Positions 53,041 to 64,000 of a DNA stretch of 64,000 bases are shown piece by piece (position 1 is the first letter of the stretch; the number at the start of each line of letters is the position of its first letter). The translations under genes and the position numbers were made by a program. The stretch comes from Antedon mediterranea (lineage: Eukaryota; Animalia; Echinodermata): assembly GCF_964355755.1 (NCBI RefSeq), contig NC_092680.1:1488001-1552000 (forward strand). The letters run 5' to 3'. The notes below the pieces were generated by a model. The model was given only the letters and a program-made list of their open reading frames with translations. It was not told the DNA's origin and did no database searches.

Positions 53041-54744
53041 TGGTAATGTGTAATTTTGTTAGCCTCTACTTTGTTACGGCTAACTCTACGGCAGTGAAAG
53101 GCCGACAGAATGGGATAAAGGAACGAAAAAAATTAAATTAAAGTAGTAAAAGGTGCAGAGGACAGGTGATACATTTATCACTAGTGCTGCACTCATTATC
53201 TGCCACTAAAGACAAGCTTAAAAGTTAATCAAAAGGATATCAAAGGTTTGCCTTCAATAATGTATTCTTAATGCATATATTAGCAATGGTGGATAAACTT
53301 TAAAATCTGAATATAGATTAGAGAGAAAGTAGGTAAGAATGGTCACATGACACGCAATTAACATAACATTGAATAACACATGAAATCAGCATAGGCAAAC
53401 GCAATGAATTCTTAATTACAATCAAACTAAAAAATTCATGAAGATTTTAAATGTGCTGTAGTTTGACGTCTGTCTGAAAGTATGGCAGCAATTTCTTTAT
53501 GAATAAATGTTGCGTTAAGCGTTTACTAACTGTAATAGAGCTATCAAAGAATATTCTTAGGTAGGGTGTAATTTCAAATAGCGCCACTAAGAGTGTATTA
53601 ATATAATATGTATGAGAAAGTTAATGAAAGGCTAGATCTTTAACTCTGAGTGAATAATAACATTGTTTTGTAAAAAAATGTTTAAATGCATGACATCAAT
53701 ATTCAAAGTTATTCTATTAAATTCAGTGTATAATTATACTTAATAGTTTCCAAAGGCAAAATATATTACAAATAATTCATGAGCAGATTCTTAGTTTTGA
53801 CCAAATCCAGTGGAAATGTAATTTCTTATTGTGTTGGATGGAAGAATGGAAGAAAATGTATGAGAATTATGATGGTGGGTCCAGAGTGGAAGCTATTTAC
53901 AGATGAAGAGAAGCGCTGAAGATGGCAGAAAGATGCCATGAAAGACAAGCAGACTACCTGATTGTAGGTTTATAGTTTGGTTGCGGCAATTGTTAAACTA
54001 TTCAAGGCACATTTTAATTATTCCATATGCAAACATTAAGAATTGGCTAGACTGAACCAGTTAGTCGGGCAACATTGAAGACTGGACCTGGACACATCAC
54101 CATCCTATGCAATGCATTGTTACCTAGCAATAAACATCGAAATTAAAAAACAGACTGGATTGATACTGTAGGCCAGGATTATACAGCAAGAACAACAATA
54201 TTTGAATGTTTATGATGTAAGAGACTACGAGCTGGGATTACTTTGAAGATACACTACAATATGACAAGGACTTGTAACACAGGTGTTGTACAAAATATGG
54301 TTAATTAAGCCAGAAAACCACCATATTTTTGTTCACAGTCAACTATTAATCTGCACACTCATGTTTTTTTTATTAGCAATTAAACTAAAATGATACCAAG
54401 TATAAACAATTACTTTACCTCATACTAAAAACAGCTTGTATGTGGAAACAATAGCAACAAATATCCCCGAAGGACGTACAAGTCTCCTGAGAGAGAAGTT
54501 GTTATAATGGATATTTCAAAGTGCTCTAGCGTTTTATGTTCATCATGGTATACTGTATAATACTCTATATATATTGGAGCAATCCTTTTTTTTTATCTAG
54601 ATACAGACGGCCATGATGAGGATGGAAAGATATTGCCTTTCACTTCCTGGTTTTATTTATTTATTTATTCAACTTCTCACTAAAGATCTTTGATTGGACC
54701 AAAAGGTGGTAAAGACCTCTAAAATGGTCCAGTCCCAATCGCAT

Positions 54745-54935
54745 AATGAGCCCAGTTATGAACAGTGGCTGTGTGTGTGTACTACTTAGTTCTTTAAAGT
54801 GCACATGAGCTAGATTTGTACACTGGACCTACGGTTTATAGTCCTTATACGAGAAGACTTGTTCTACCACCAGAACCATGGAGCGATCATGAGCATCGAA
54901 CCCTTGCTAATGTTATGGCTAAATAATTACGGCTC
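54745..54935 (-). mobile_element. Deu-like SINE copy, reverse orientation
   Basis: Reverse complement of the SINE core (ttctttaaagtgcac...tggacctacggtttatagtccttat...ttctaccaccagaaccatggag). Confidence 0.8.
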
Positions 54936-54997
54936 TCAATTTTACCTCAAAGATTTTGTTTGATCAAAAAAATATTAGCTTACGTGCAAATACAACT

Positions 54998-55419
54998 CAT
55001 GTCTAATGCTACACCATCATATTCTCATCATGCTACATGCTACATGCTACATGTCTAATGCTACACCATCATATCCTCATCATGCTACATGCTACATGTC
55101 TATAAATGCTACACCATCATATCCTCATCATGCTACATGCTACATGTCTAATGCTATATCATCATATCCTCATCATGCTACATGCTACATGCTACATGCT
55201 ACATGTCTAATGCTACACCATCATATCCTCATCATGCTACATGCTACACGCTACATGTCTAATGCTATATCATCATATCCTCATCATGCTACATGCTACA
55301 TGCTACATGTCTAATGCTACACCATCATATCCTCATCATGCTACATGCTACATGTCTAATGCTACACCATCATATCCTCATCATGCTACATGTCTAATGC
55401 TACACCATCATATCCTCAT
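54998..55419. repeat. compound minisatellite with variable numbers of 7-bp CATGCTA subunits
   Basis: tgtctaatgctacaccatcatatcctcat(catgcta)n. Confidence 0.93.
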
Positions 55420-55701
55420 TTTTAGAATACATGACTAGAATAATTAGAATTTTACAGATTTAGTTTTTGTCAGAATTGTAGCTGATCAATAAATTGTAAT
55501 TACAGAATACACACAATAACATTATTTTTACAAACCTTTTAAATATGAACCATTGTTAAACAGAACGGCCTAGTTTATAAAAATATATCAAGAAATTAAA
55601 ATAAATCTATACTGAGCTGAATATACCTGTTTGATTATTTAAAGCGATATACAATAAATAGCAACTACTGTGGAGTATCTTTGCGTCAGGGTGTTGAGTA
55701 A

Positions 55702-55874
55702 TTGGTCAGATGTTTTGCCCTACTCTGACGTAATTTGTACTAAGTATATTGAGGCTACTTGCTAAAAAATAGTGATCCGGAGGTCGTGGGTTCGAGTCCC
55801 ACTTAAGAATTAAGTATTCTCAATGTACTTGGTATATAGTACAATATATCAGAGTAGGGCATACATCTGACCAA
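55702..55874. mobile_element. inverted-repeat element with a tRNA T-arm/B-box fragment in its centre
   Basis: TTGGTCAGATGT..GCCCTACTCTGA arms; central GTGGG-TTCGAGT-CCCAC at 55786-55802. Confidence 0.65.
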
Positions 55875-56649
55875 AAATGTTTATACAATATCATACACGG
55901 ACACAACCTTTTTTTGACAATTTTCAATACTTTGGTAAAACCAATAAAAAAGATTTAACTGGCGGACAAAATTGTTTAATTGTCTACACATGATATTCTG
56001 CGAACAAGTTTAATACAAAACACTTCCCTCCGGCATTTGACGTGGGAACATAAAAATCCTAAATTATATTATAAATATTGCGCTGTACATATTGAAAAAT
56101 TAATTGGAAAGTTTGCTTTAAAATAAAGTTGCCAAAAAAAACCTTTCGAAGACAAAAAGGAATTTTTTTTTTAACCTTTTAATTAAATTTCAAACAATGT
56201 TTTGTAATTTCAAAGAAGAAAATTGATTTAAAAATACTTTTGTCGAAATACAAATATTGATAGGCCCTTGCACTGTGCATGCCCTGTGTCGATAGAGGGC
56301 CTAATCTGAAACCAATACAATAAACATAAAATATTCAGTCATTAGATGTGGTATAAAATATCATTAATGATCCATCATCATCATATTAAAGTTTATCACG
56401 ATAAAAAGAAATCGTTCAAGTAGAAAGCATATCATGATTTATGCTAATGAGGTGTTTTGTGTGCATGATGCTGGGCCAATAGGTAGTGTGTGCAATGACT
56501 TGAAATTACTTAATCAAATGCTGATTTGTGTTTGGTTCTATTTTATGAATTAATTTAGCTGTTAAACTAGAGTAAGTCATGTTTCTCCAACTTATGATCC
56601 ACGATATCACATTGAGGTAATTAAGCTGATCACGTTATGTTATCATTTT

Positions 56650-56870
56650 AGGTTCACTTGAAATGACTAGTTTGGTCATGATCAGTCAAAAGCATGATAA
56701 ATGGTAAATAGCTAGGTTCACATGTGATGACTAGTTTGGTCATGATAAGTAATCATGATAAACACTAAACAGCTAGGTTCACATGATGACTAGTTTGATC
56801 ATGATCAGTAATCATGATAAACAATAATAGCTAGGCCTAGGTTCACATGAAATGACTTGATCATGATCAG
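56650..56870. repeat. degenerate about 60-bp tandem repeat, about 4 copies
   Basis: taggttcacatg..atgactagttt..tcatgatcagt repeated. Confidence 0.75.
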
Positions 56871-57163
56871 TTTGTATGTAAACCTGCAGGAAGTAAAATC
56901 ATGTGATCTTTTTATCTCATTAATTATTGCTAACATGATCTTGGAGATCATGAATAACTTAGTTTAACATGATGAATTTATAAATAGAATCAACCAATCA
57001 GCATTCATTATTTAGTATTTCCAAGTCACTGCATGCAACCTCATTAGTTTAAATCATCATGATTTATCTTTATCGTGTTAAACATATCAGGGATAGGTAA
57101 TCATTTCTCCAGGGTGTATATAAATAAAAACATTCAATTACGCCTTGATTATTGACAACGATT

Positions 57164-57511
57164 ACTCAAATATTTCTGTCCCACCGACAACTTAACAAAA
57201 TATCTATACTATATACACAATTAACAAGTTCATTTTTATCAAATCTTAGCCTACATGTTCCAGACATCGACTCAAATATTTCTGTCCTGATAATTTTCAA
57301 CAAAATATCTGTACGACACATGATCAAGAAAACAAAAATAAGTGCATTATTATCCAATCTTAGTCTACATGTTCCAGACATCGATTCAAATATTTGCGTT
57401 CTGATAATGTTAATCCTTATGTTAATGCTACACATGATCAACAACAAAATAAATGCATTTTTATCCAATCTTAGCCTACATGTTCCAGACATCGACTCAA
57501 ATATTTCTGTC
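57164..57511. repeat. about 115-bp tandem repeat, about 3 copies
   Basis: aatcttagcctacatgttccagacatcgactcaaatatttctgtc repeated. Confidence 0.85.
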
Positions 57512-57895
57512 TGATTGGTAATTCTAAACATGTGACAATTTAACAATATGTGCACCACACGCTATCTCTCAGAGTAAACATCAGACTAATTAAATCTTAG
57601 AACTAAGTCCCGAACTAAGTGCATTATTGGTAGTTGCTAGGGAATAAGCACAGGATACAGAGATAAGCATGAAGAAATCAAACATTAGAAAATATTAAAA
57701 TAACAGGAATCATAATAAATAAAGGGATTTTGTATGAACTGTTAGTAGGGTTTGATAGAAAATGTGTAATTTGACACATTTTGTAATATGGTTTACGAGT
57801 AATTTTTATACTTACAGGTAGTAATTTTAGTACACTGGTCAAGGCGCTATAAAAATGCTGTATATTGTTTGCTGGTCTATCTAAATATTAAAGAT

Positions 57896-58438
57896 TGCTA
57901 CTTTTTCTGGCTGTTTTACTTTTATCGTTTGGTTTAGATTTTTGCTTATTTTATTTTGTATCTCCATTGAGATCAAGCCACATGTTTAGAATTACCAATC
58001 AGAGTGAGTGAGTGGCCGAGCGGTTAAGACAATGGAACCGTAATCACGTAGCCATAACATCGGCAGGGGTTCGAGGCTCACTCACTCCATGGTTCTGGTG
58101 GTAGAACGAGTCTTCTCGGATAAGGACTATAAACCGTAGGTCCAGTGTACACAACTTGCTCGTGTGCACTTTAAAGAACCTAGTACATCTTTCGAGACGA
58201 GTAGGGGGTTACCCCGGTGTAGTAGTACATCACAGCCACTGATCACCAACTGGGCCCTCTGGGAGATCAGTCTTTGACTGAAGAGGTCACCCAGTATAAA
58301 GATAAAACAAACAAACAAACACTGATACCCACAGCATTGTAATTTTTCCAGTGCTTATTTTATTTGTATCTCCATTGAGATCCATCCACTGATACCCACA
58401 GCATTGTCATTATTTTTAGTAATTTGCCTTTGGATTTA
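57896..58438 (+). mobile_element. second copy of the 17.2-kb element (lacks the ribozyme core, partial internal duplication), interrupted by a SINE
   Basis: tgcta-ctttttctggctg...ctgatacccacagcattgtc...aatttgcctttggattta matches 17296-17428; 19-bp direct repeat TAAATATTAAAGATTGCTA at 57882-57900 and 58437-58455. Confidence 0.8.
58003..58320 (+). mobile_element. apparently full-length tRNA-derived SINE with Deu/Nin-like central domain
   Basis: Pol III A-box TGGCCGAGCGG, B-box GGTTCGAGGC, core TCTCGGATAAGGACTATAAACCGTAGGTCC...TTAAAGAACC...GAGTAGGGGGTTACCCCGGTGT resembling the Deu domain, (AAAC)n tail. Confidence 0.85.
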
Positions 58439-61400
58439 AATATTAAAGATTGCTATACATGAAGGCCCCATGAAGGTCTGTCAATATTCAGACAACAGAC
58501 TGGAGCAAATACATTATAAATATCTGGACTCTCATTGAGCTTGTAAATGTACATCTTTCTTGTCATTTTTTTTTCCACCTAGATTTTGGTTTTGAATAAT
58601 AATAGAAAATGGTAAAATGTTCGCGCACAGACAAAGCTTGTGTTATAAAGCTGTTTTTATTGATCTGAACAAGTAAAGTCTGCAAAGTTCAGGCAGATCT
58701 AAAAGACTGAAAGTGTTATTAAGACAGAACAATTTGAACGTTTGCTACACATGCTGTTTGCCTAGAAAAGGTTTAACTGATATCATCAGCACACTACGGT
58801 CAATTTTAAAGGGTTATAGGACTACACGTGTCACAAACAAATGACCAGAAATAAAGTATGTTGAATGATTTGATTCTTTTTCATGGTTTTAAATTTATAT
58901 AGCGCAAAATACAAATAGTCTCTATGCGCTGTTTAGCACAAGTGTAAAATGAAAAAGTTGATGTAAAATAAACCAGGAAAAACCTAATACACCGAATAAA
59001 TTGACCAAGGCAACAGAAAAAACGGTCAGAAAACAGAATCACCACACTGTTTCACTTACTTGGCAAGACAAGCTAGCTTGTTAAATCCAGGTTTTTGATT
59101 TGGATCTATTAGTACTTAAAATAGCTGTGTAAGTGTTATGTTATGTAGGCCTATGCTAAAAAAAAAACAATAATTATATTAGTGGTAAACATGTACATAC
59201 AGTTGTTAAATCCAGGTGTTTTATTTGGACGAGCTACAGTATAGTACTTAAAATAGTATGGGCCTATGATAATAGACAATATTATATTGGTGGTCAACAG
59301 AACATCCACTTGCTGTGTTCCTAAAACAACATCATGTAAATAATCTGCACTTAAGACCTTGAAATTAACTAATTAGCAATCAAATAGAACATGCAATGGT
59401 AATCAATAACATTAAGTAAATTACAAGCAATGTGGCTTTTTGTATTGTAATCTCTACTACAACTCATTTCTAGTCTAATACGTATATTTTGTCATCATAA
59501 TGTAGAATAATAATGGTTATATGAATAAATGAATTAATATTACTAGTTACAGTATGAATAGAAAATGGTTCAGGTTGATTAATGAATATTAAATTAATAT
59601 GTAATGAAATCAATAAATGAAATGAAAAATGAAGTATTAGAGTTTTTATTGCCTATTATTGAATTATTTATTTTATTATTCATATTCATTTCAGAAAAAT
59701 GTCAAAAATTAAACATTACGCAAATACAAAATTTAATGAATCATGAATTCATTAAACGTTACAAAAAAATAAATACAAAAACAAGTTTATCCCTGTTTTA
59801 GGATGTTTTGAAATATTTAATAATATTCTAAAATAAATGTACATGATACAGAGAATATTTTAAATAAAAAAGTGAAATGTACAATGTAGAACAGTTAACT
59901 TTACAGTTTAAATTATGTACACAAACACTACATTGATCATATTTTACTTCATCTGCTAATAAACGGAATGTTGTTAATATTAATATTCCAACATATATCA
60001 ATACTTGTACACTATAAATCATTTCTTTTTGAATAATATTCAAGATTATTTGATTTTTTAAAAATATTTCATTCAATTAAGTTTAACAATTTGGTGAATG
60101 GTGATTGTAAAACTGACAAAAACTGTTTCTAATTTTAATTTGCACCAGTTTACAGGATTGTAATATAAATTGTTCTGCTTCGAGTACAATGTAAAAATGG
60201 TCTCTGAAAAAAGTGCTATATAAACCAATATATAACACATAAATATATTCCTGTCATTTGATTGGATGATTGCGGGTCACATGACATGCAATACTATGTA
60301 CTATTAACAGATTGTTTAATAGTACACTCATAAATATCCATTATTATTTGTATTATTTAATAATGTTATGAAGATATATCAAATTGACATATTAAAAACA
60401 GACACTGTAAACAGTTTTTCCTTAAAAATTTTTTTTTAAAAGTGCAGTTTTTATATAGATTTTTGTTTACAAAATGTGATCATCACTGTAAATGGGGTTT
60501 TTAGGCCAAAAGATATCTAATGTGAAAGTTGACTTCACATCCCATCTGAAGGACGAGACAATGAGAATGAAGCATCTTGCCTAAAGGATACAAGCAATAT
60601 AGACACAGACAACGTTGATGGACGACCTAGTGATGATATGTAATACAGTGCTCTTCTTATTCATTCATTCATCTTTTATTTCGGAAAAAAAATTATTCTC
60701 CAAATACAAATCAGTGTCTACATTATTATAAATACAAAGGAAAAACGTGGTTAATACAATAGCTTCATCCATCTACCATGTAGGAAGAGCACAATCATAA
60801 ATACATTTCGTGACCGTATTGTCTGTCCTCCCCAACATGCCATACACCACCTTTTATAAATTACCCCAACTAACAACACATCTTTGAATTATCAGCTATG
60901 TGTTATATTTCTACATTGTTTACTTCCACATTGTAATATTAAATGATGCCAGCCAGCAGCGAGTAATGGCCCACGGAGAGTTTTATGACTCGCATTCATG
61001 ACTAGCGCAACAAACGTGTCAAACATAAAAATGAAGAAATTCACAGTCAACTGTATTATGTGCCCAAGAACCTTTGATTGCATCGATGATTGCGGTCGAT
61101 TCGACAACAATACGCAAAGTAATCTATTTCAAGATGATGATTATGAATATTCAAACATGAATTTCATACAATAAATAGATAGCAAATATAGTATACACAT
61201 ATTTAATGTTTATGAGTGATTGGTGAGAATATAGAATATATGTAAATTTTCGTTTTATTGAATAAAAACCCTTGAATTATATATCATGAGTTGAAAAATT
61301 GAATGCTCTATTTAACGAGACTCCACTAGTCAAAAATCAGAGAAGGGAAAATTCTGGATTTTCTAGAATGTCTCTAGATAAACTGTGTATTTGAATGGCA

Positions 61401-61987
61401 TGCATAAACTATGCAGTATAGTACTTGTGTTTTCTGAACCAAGGGAGATTTTACTTTTTTTAGTAAAGTTTAATCTTAAAAAATAAGTATCTTTAAAATC
61501 TTTCTTTTATTTAAATTGCAACAAACAAATTAGCTTTTTCTCGTGTAAGGGTTGTTAAGCACATTAAGCCCACCCGTTTGTTCACCAAAGACCACAACTG
61601 TACTATGACATCATAATATAATATTAAACATCACAAACTGTTACAAACTTCTATGTTAAATCATTGGTGAATGTTGAATATTCGATAATTCTCAAGACAC
61701 TTTAGGAAATTACATTAAAGATTGAATAATCTTTAAATTAATTAAGACATTTTTTTATAATCACTTACCATAGAAATCATTGATGTAGAGAACCCATCCA
61801 TCCTATGATTGTATAATAGGATATATATTGAGATAATTGCCATGAGCAGAAGGGTATGATGACATCAGAGGAAAGGGTAATTGGGAATATGACATACATT
61901 GAGTACTATTAGTTGGAAGTATAGCTAAAATCACTGACATAAAATGTTTGTAATGATATTACACAAACAAGGCAGTTTTGTAACACT

Positions 61988-62125
61988 TAGCTCTGTCTAC
62001 ACCATCAAACTAGTTGATGTGTGTGATGTGCCCAAATATGGTAGTGATATTCCCAAATATGGTATTGATGACATCATCATTTCCATATATGGGCACATCA
62101 CTTTTCGTTTTCTGTATAAACTGGA
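61988..62125 (+). mobile_element. MITE family A copy (3' end degraded)
   Basis: agctctgtctacaccatcaaactag...cccaaatatggtagtgatat. Confidence 0.75.
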
Positions 62126-63198
62126 GTAATAATAATAATACAGTACAGTCTGCCATTAACTACAGTACACACAGATACCAAATGTTTTCTTGAAGGCATG
62201 GCATTAACAGCATGTTAATATTCAAATATTGAAATTAGTCTCATCTAAATTCTGTTTTTAAGTGTTTAGTGCAATGACCTTGGACTGTAATAAACTATGA
62301 TTGAAGTTCAATTCATTATATTACCTGGAATATCTAAGGAAAACTAGGTGGAATGGAATACATTAGAAGGTAGTGTATCCTGTAGACATCAAATTCTTAC
62401 TTCTGGGGAGTTTGCAGTATTATGGGCCTGGGGCGCATTCAATTATTATCAGAAAAGCCAAAATACATAAAACCAATACTTTAACAAAAATATATATTAT
62501 TTATTTCCATATTTTATGAGGGTGGCCTATCTAGTCCCAGAGAAGGAACTGATCATCAAGTTCCCTTGATAAAACCATAGAGAAATTAGTGAATGTCTTT
62601 ATGATAAAATATAACAACAATTAAATAAAAACATATAAAATATTAATAGAATCATTAAAAAATGGAAGATGGATAAAAAGAGAAAAAATTCTAGAAAAAG
62701 TATACTTCATTTTGAAGACCACTATCGCAACCTCTCTGGACACTGTGGGTTGGTTCTAATCAAGGCCGTAGCGAGAGATTAAAACCAGATGAGGCAAAGA
62801 TGCTTTAACTATAATTATTAATATAAATATTACAATCTGTGCAGGGAAATTGGGGTGGCCCTGCAAATGAGTGTTCTGTAACTAGTAGTATCAGTATGTT
62901 TGAATCGTATCAGTATACTGTTTTGTAGTTATTAATTAATGGTGATCATAATTTTCATTGATGGTGACTGTTGTTTCAGCAAACATCTGTGTTTATTTCT
63001 TTTTCCTTTCAAGGTCAAATTATCTTCTCCAATTTCAATTTCATTGTGTTTCGGTCATTAAACTTTCATAACTTTTTTTTACACATTCAAAATCTATCAA
63101 TTTATTATGATGGTATCCTTTGAGTGTTTTTTAACTATGATGATGTCACTTAATTAAGGATTTTAATGTAGAATGGTAAAAATAGTTTGAAAAAAAGA

Positions 63199-63312
63199 GT
63201 GCCCAAATATGGTAGTGATATGCTTAAATATGGTAGTGATATGACATCATCCATATATGGGGACATCACATTATTTTGTCACATAAAGTTTGATAGTGTT
63301 GGTAGAGCTTTA
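63199..63312 (+). mobile_element. MITE family A copy (5' truncated)
   Basis: gtgcccaaatatggtagtgatatg...cataaagtttgatagtgttggtagagcttta. Confidence 0.75.
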
Positions 63313-64000
63313 TAGAAGACTAATATAACATTGCTAACAGTAGAAAGAGTTGTTGAGAACAAGTTGTAGTGCATTTTGTTTGAGAGTTGATGAGATGCTA
63401 TAAAAAAAGAACCTTGTACTGAGCGATATTAGTTTTTAATGACAATAAAAAAAGTTTAATGACTATCAACATTAATTGTCAGGAGGCAGTTGTTAGCGAC
63501 TTTTGGTAATGAATGAAAAGAAAGTTCCTTGATCAACACACTGTGACAAACAATATTAGATTTTTATGGCAATAAAGAGTTTAATAAAGCACCTGTCATA
63601 TACACTATAGTATCTTTCAAGCTTAGTTGAAGACATAAATTCTATTAAAGAAACAATGGGGAAAAAACCTATACAACTACAATATGAAGTTTTAAAAAAG
63701 ATATGGTCAGATTCGGTATCATCACTGGTATTGTAATCACTCCGAGGAAATGACGATACTGTTAAATAAAAAAATAAAATGGTACCTGCATTGTATTTAA
63801 ATATTTGCGATGGCGTACAGTTAAACCGTTTCACGACTATCAGATTATTTTAATTTTTAACCAATATAGTACCAATAAAGAAGCCATCCTATTCAAATAT
63901 TATCAGTCGCATCGTTATCTACTCCCCCACAATTGACAAACATGTTCTGTGTTTGTTTTACAAAGATCTGTAACGATCCAATCAATTGGACTGTATTTAA

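Noticed and set aside
55006-55438. His-rich ORFs
   Set aside because: Translation of the CATGCTA compound repeat
58003-58090. Possible tRNA gene
   Set aside because: It continues into a repeated SINE body and tail, so it is a SINE head rather than a tRNA gene
61760-61810. Candidate unc-13 exon 1 (ATG...ATG|gtaagt on the minus strand)
   Set aside because: The ATG-initiated frame ends in phase 0 whereas exon 2 needs phase 1, and there is no resemblance to MSLLCV; true exon 1 is probably beyond position 64000

Overview
AT-rich eukaryotic (invertebrate, probably deuterostome/echinoderm-like; taxon is inference) genomic DNA. The whole window lies inside the 5' half of a minus-strand unc-13/Munc13 gene. 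I reconstructed eight phase-consistent GT-AG coding exons (51843-51872, 37802-37901, 28983-29100, 27030-27153, 23909-24022, 23366-23493, 20541-21454, 20258-20438). They encode the C2A domain, a long Tyr/Asp/His-rich linker and a calmodulin-binding-like helix. A probable alternative N-terminal exon lies at 9625-10050. Exon 1 and the C1-C2B-MUN exons were not found and probably lie outside the window. The introns contain many minisatellites, a palindromic MITE family (8 copies), Deu/Nin-domain tRNA-SINEs, a probable non-autonomous Helitron and a Penelope-like retroelement carrying a minimal hammerhead ribozyme. Main findings: (i) a candidate 24-nt UGC-type microexon inserted between the two RIM-binding glutamates of C2A; (ii) an 83-bp minisatellite in which each unit looks like a complete branchpoint/acceptor/20-nt poison exon/donor cassette; (iii) a second copy of the hammerhead element that starts at the predicted self-cleavage site. 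No database searches were run; family assignments come from recalled motifs.
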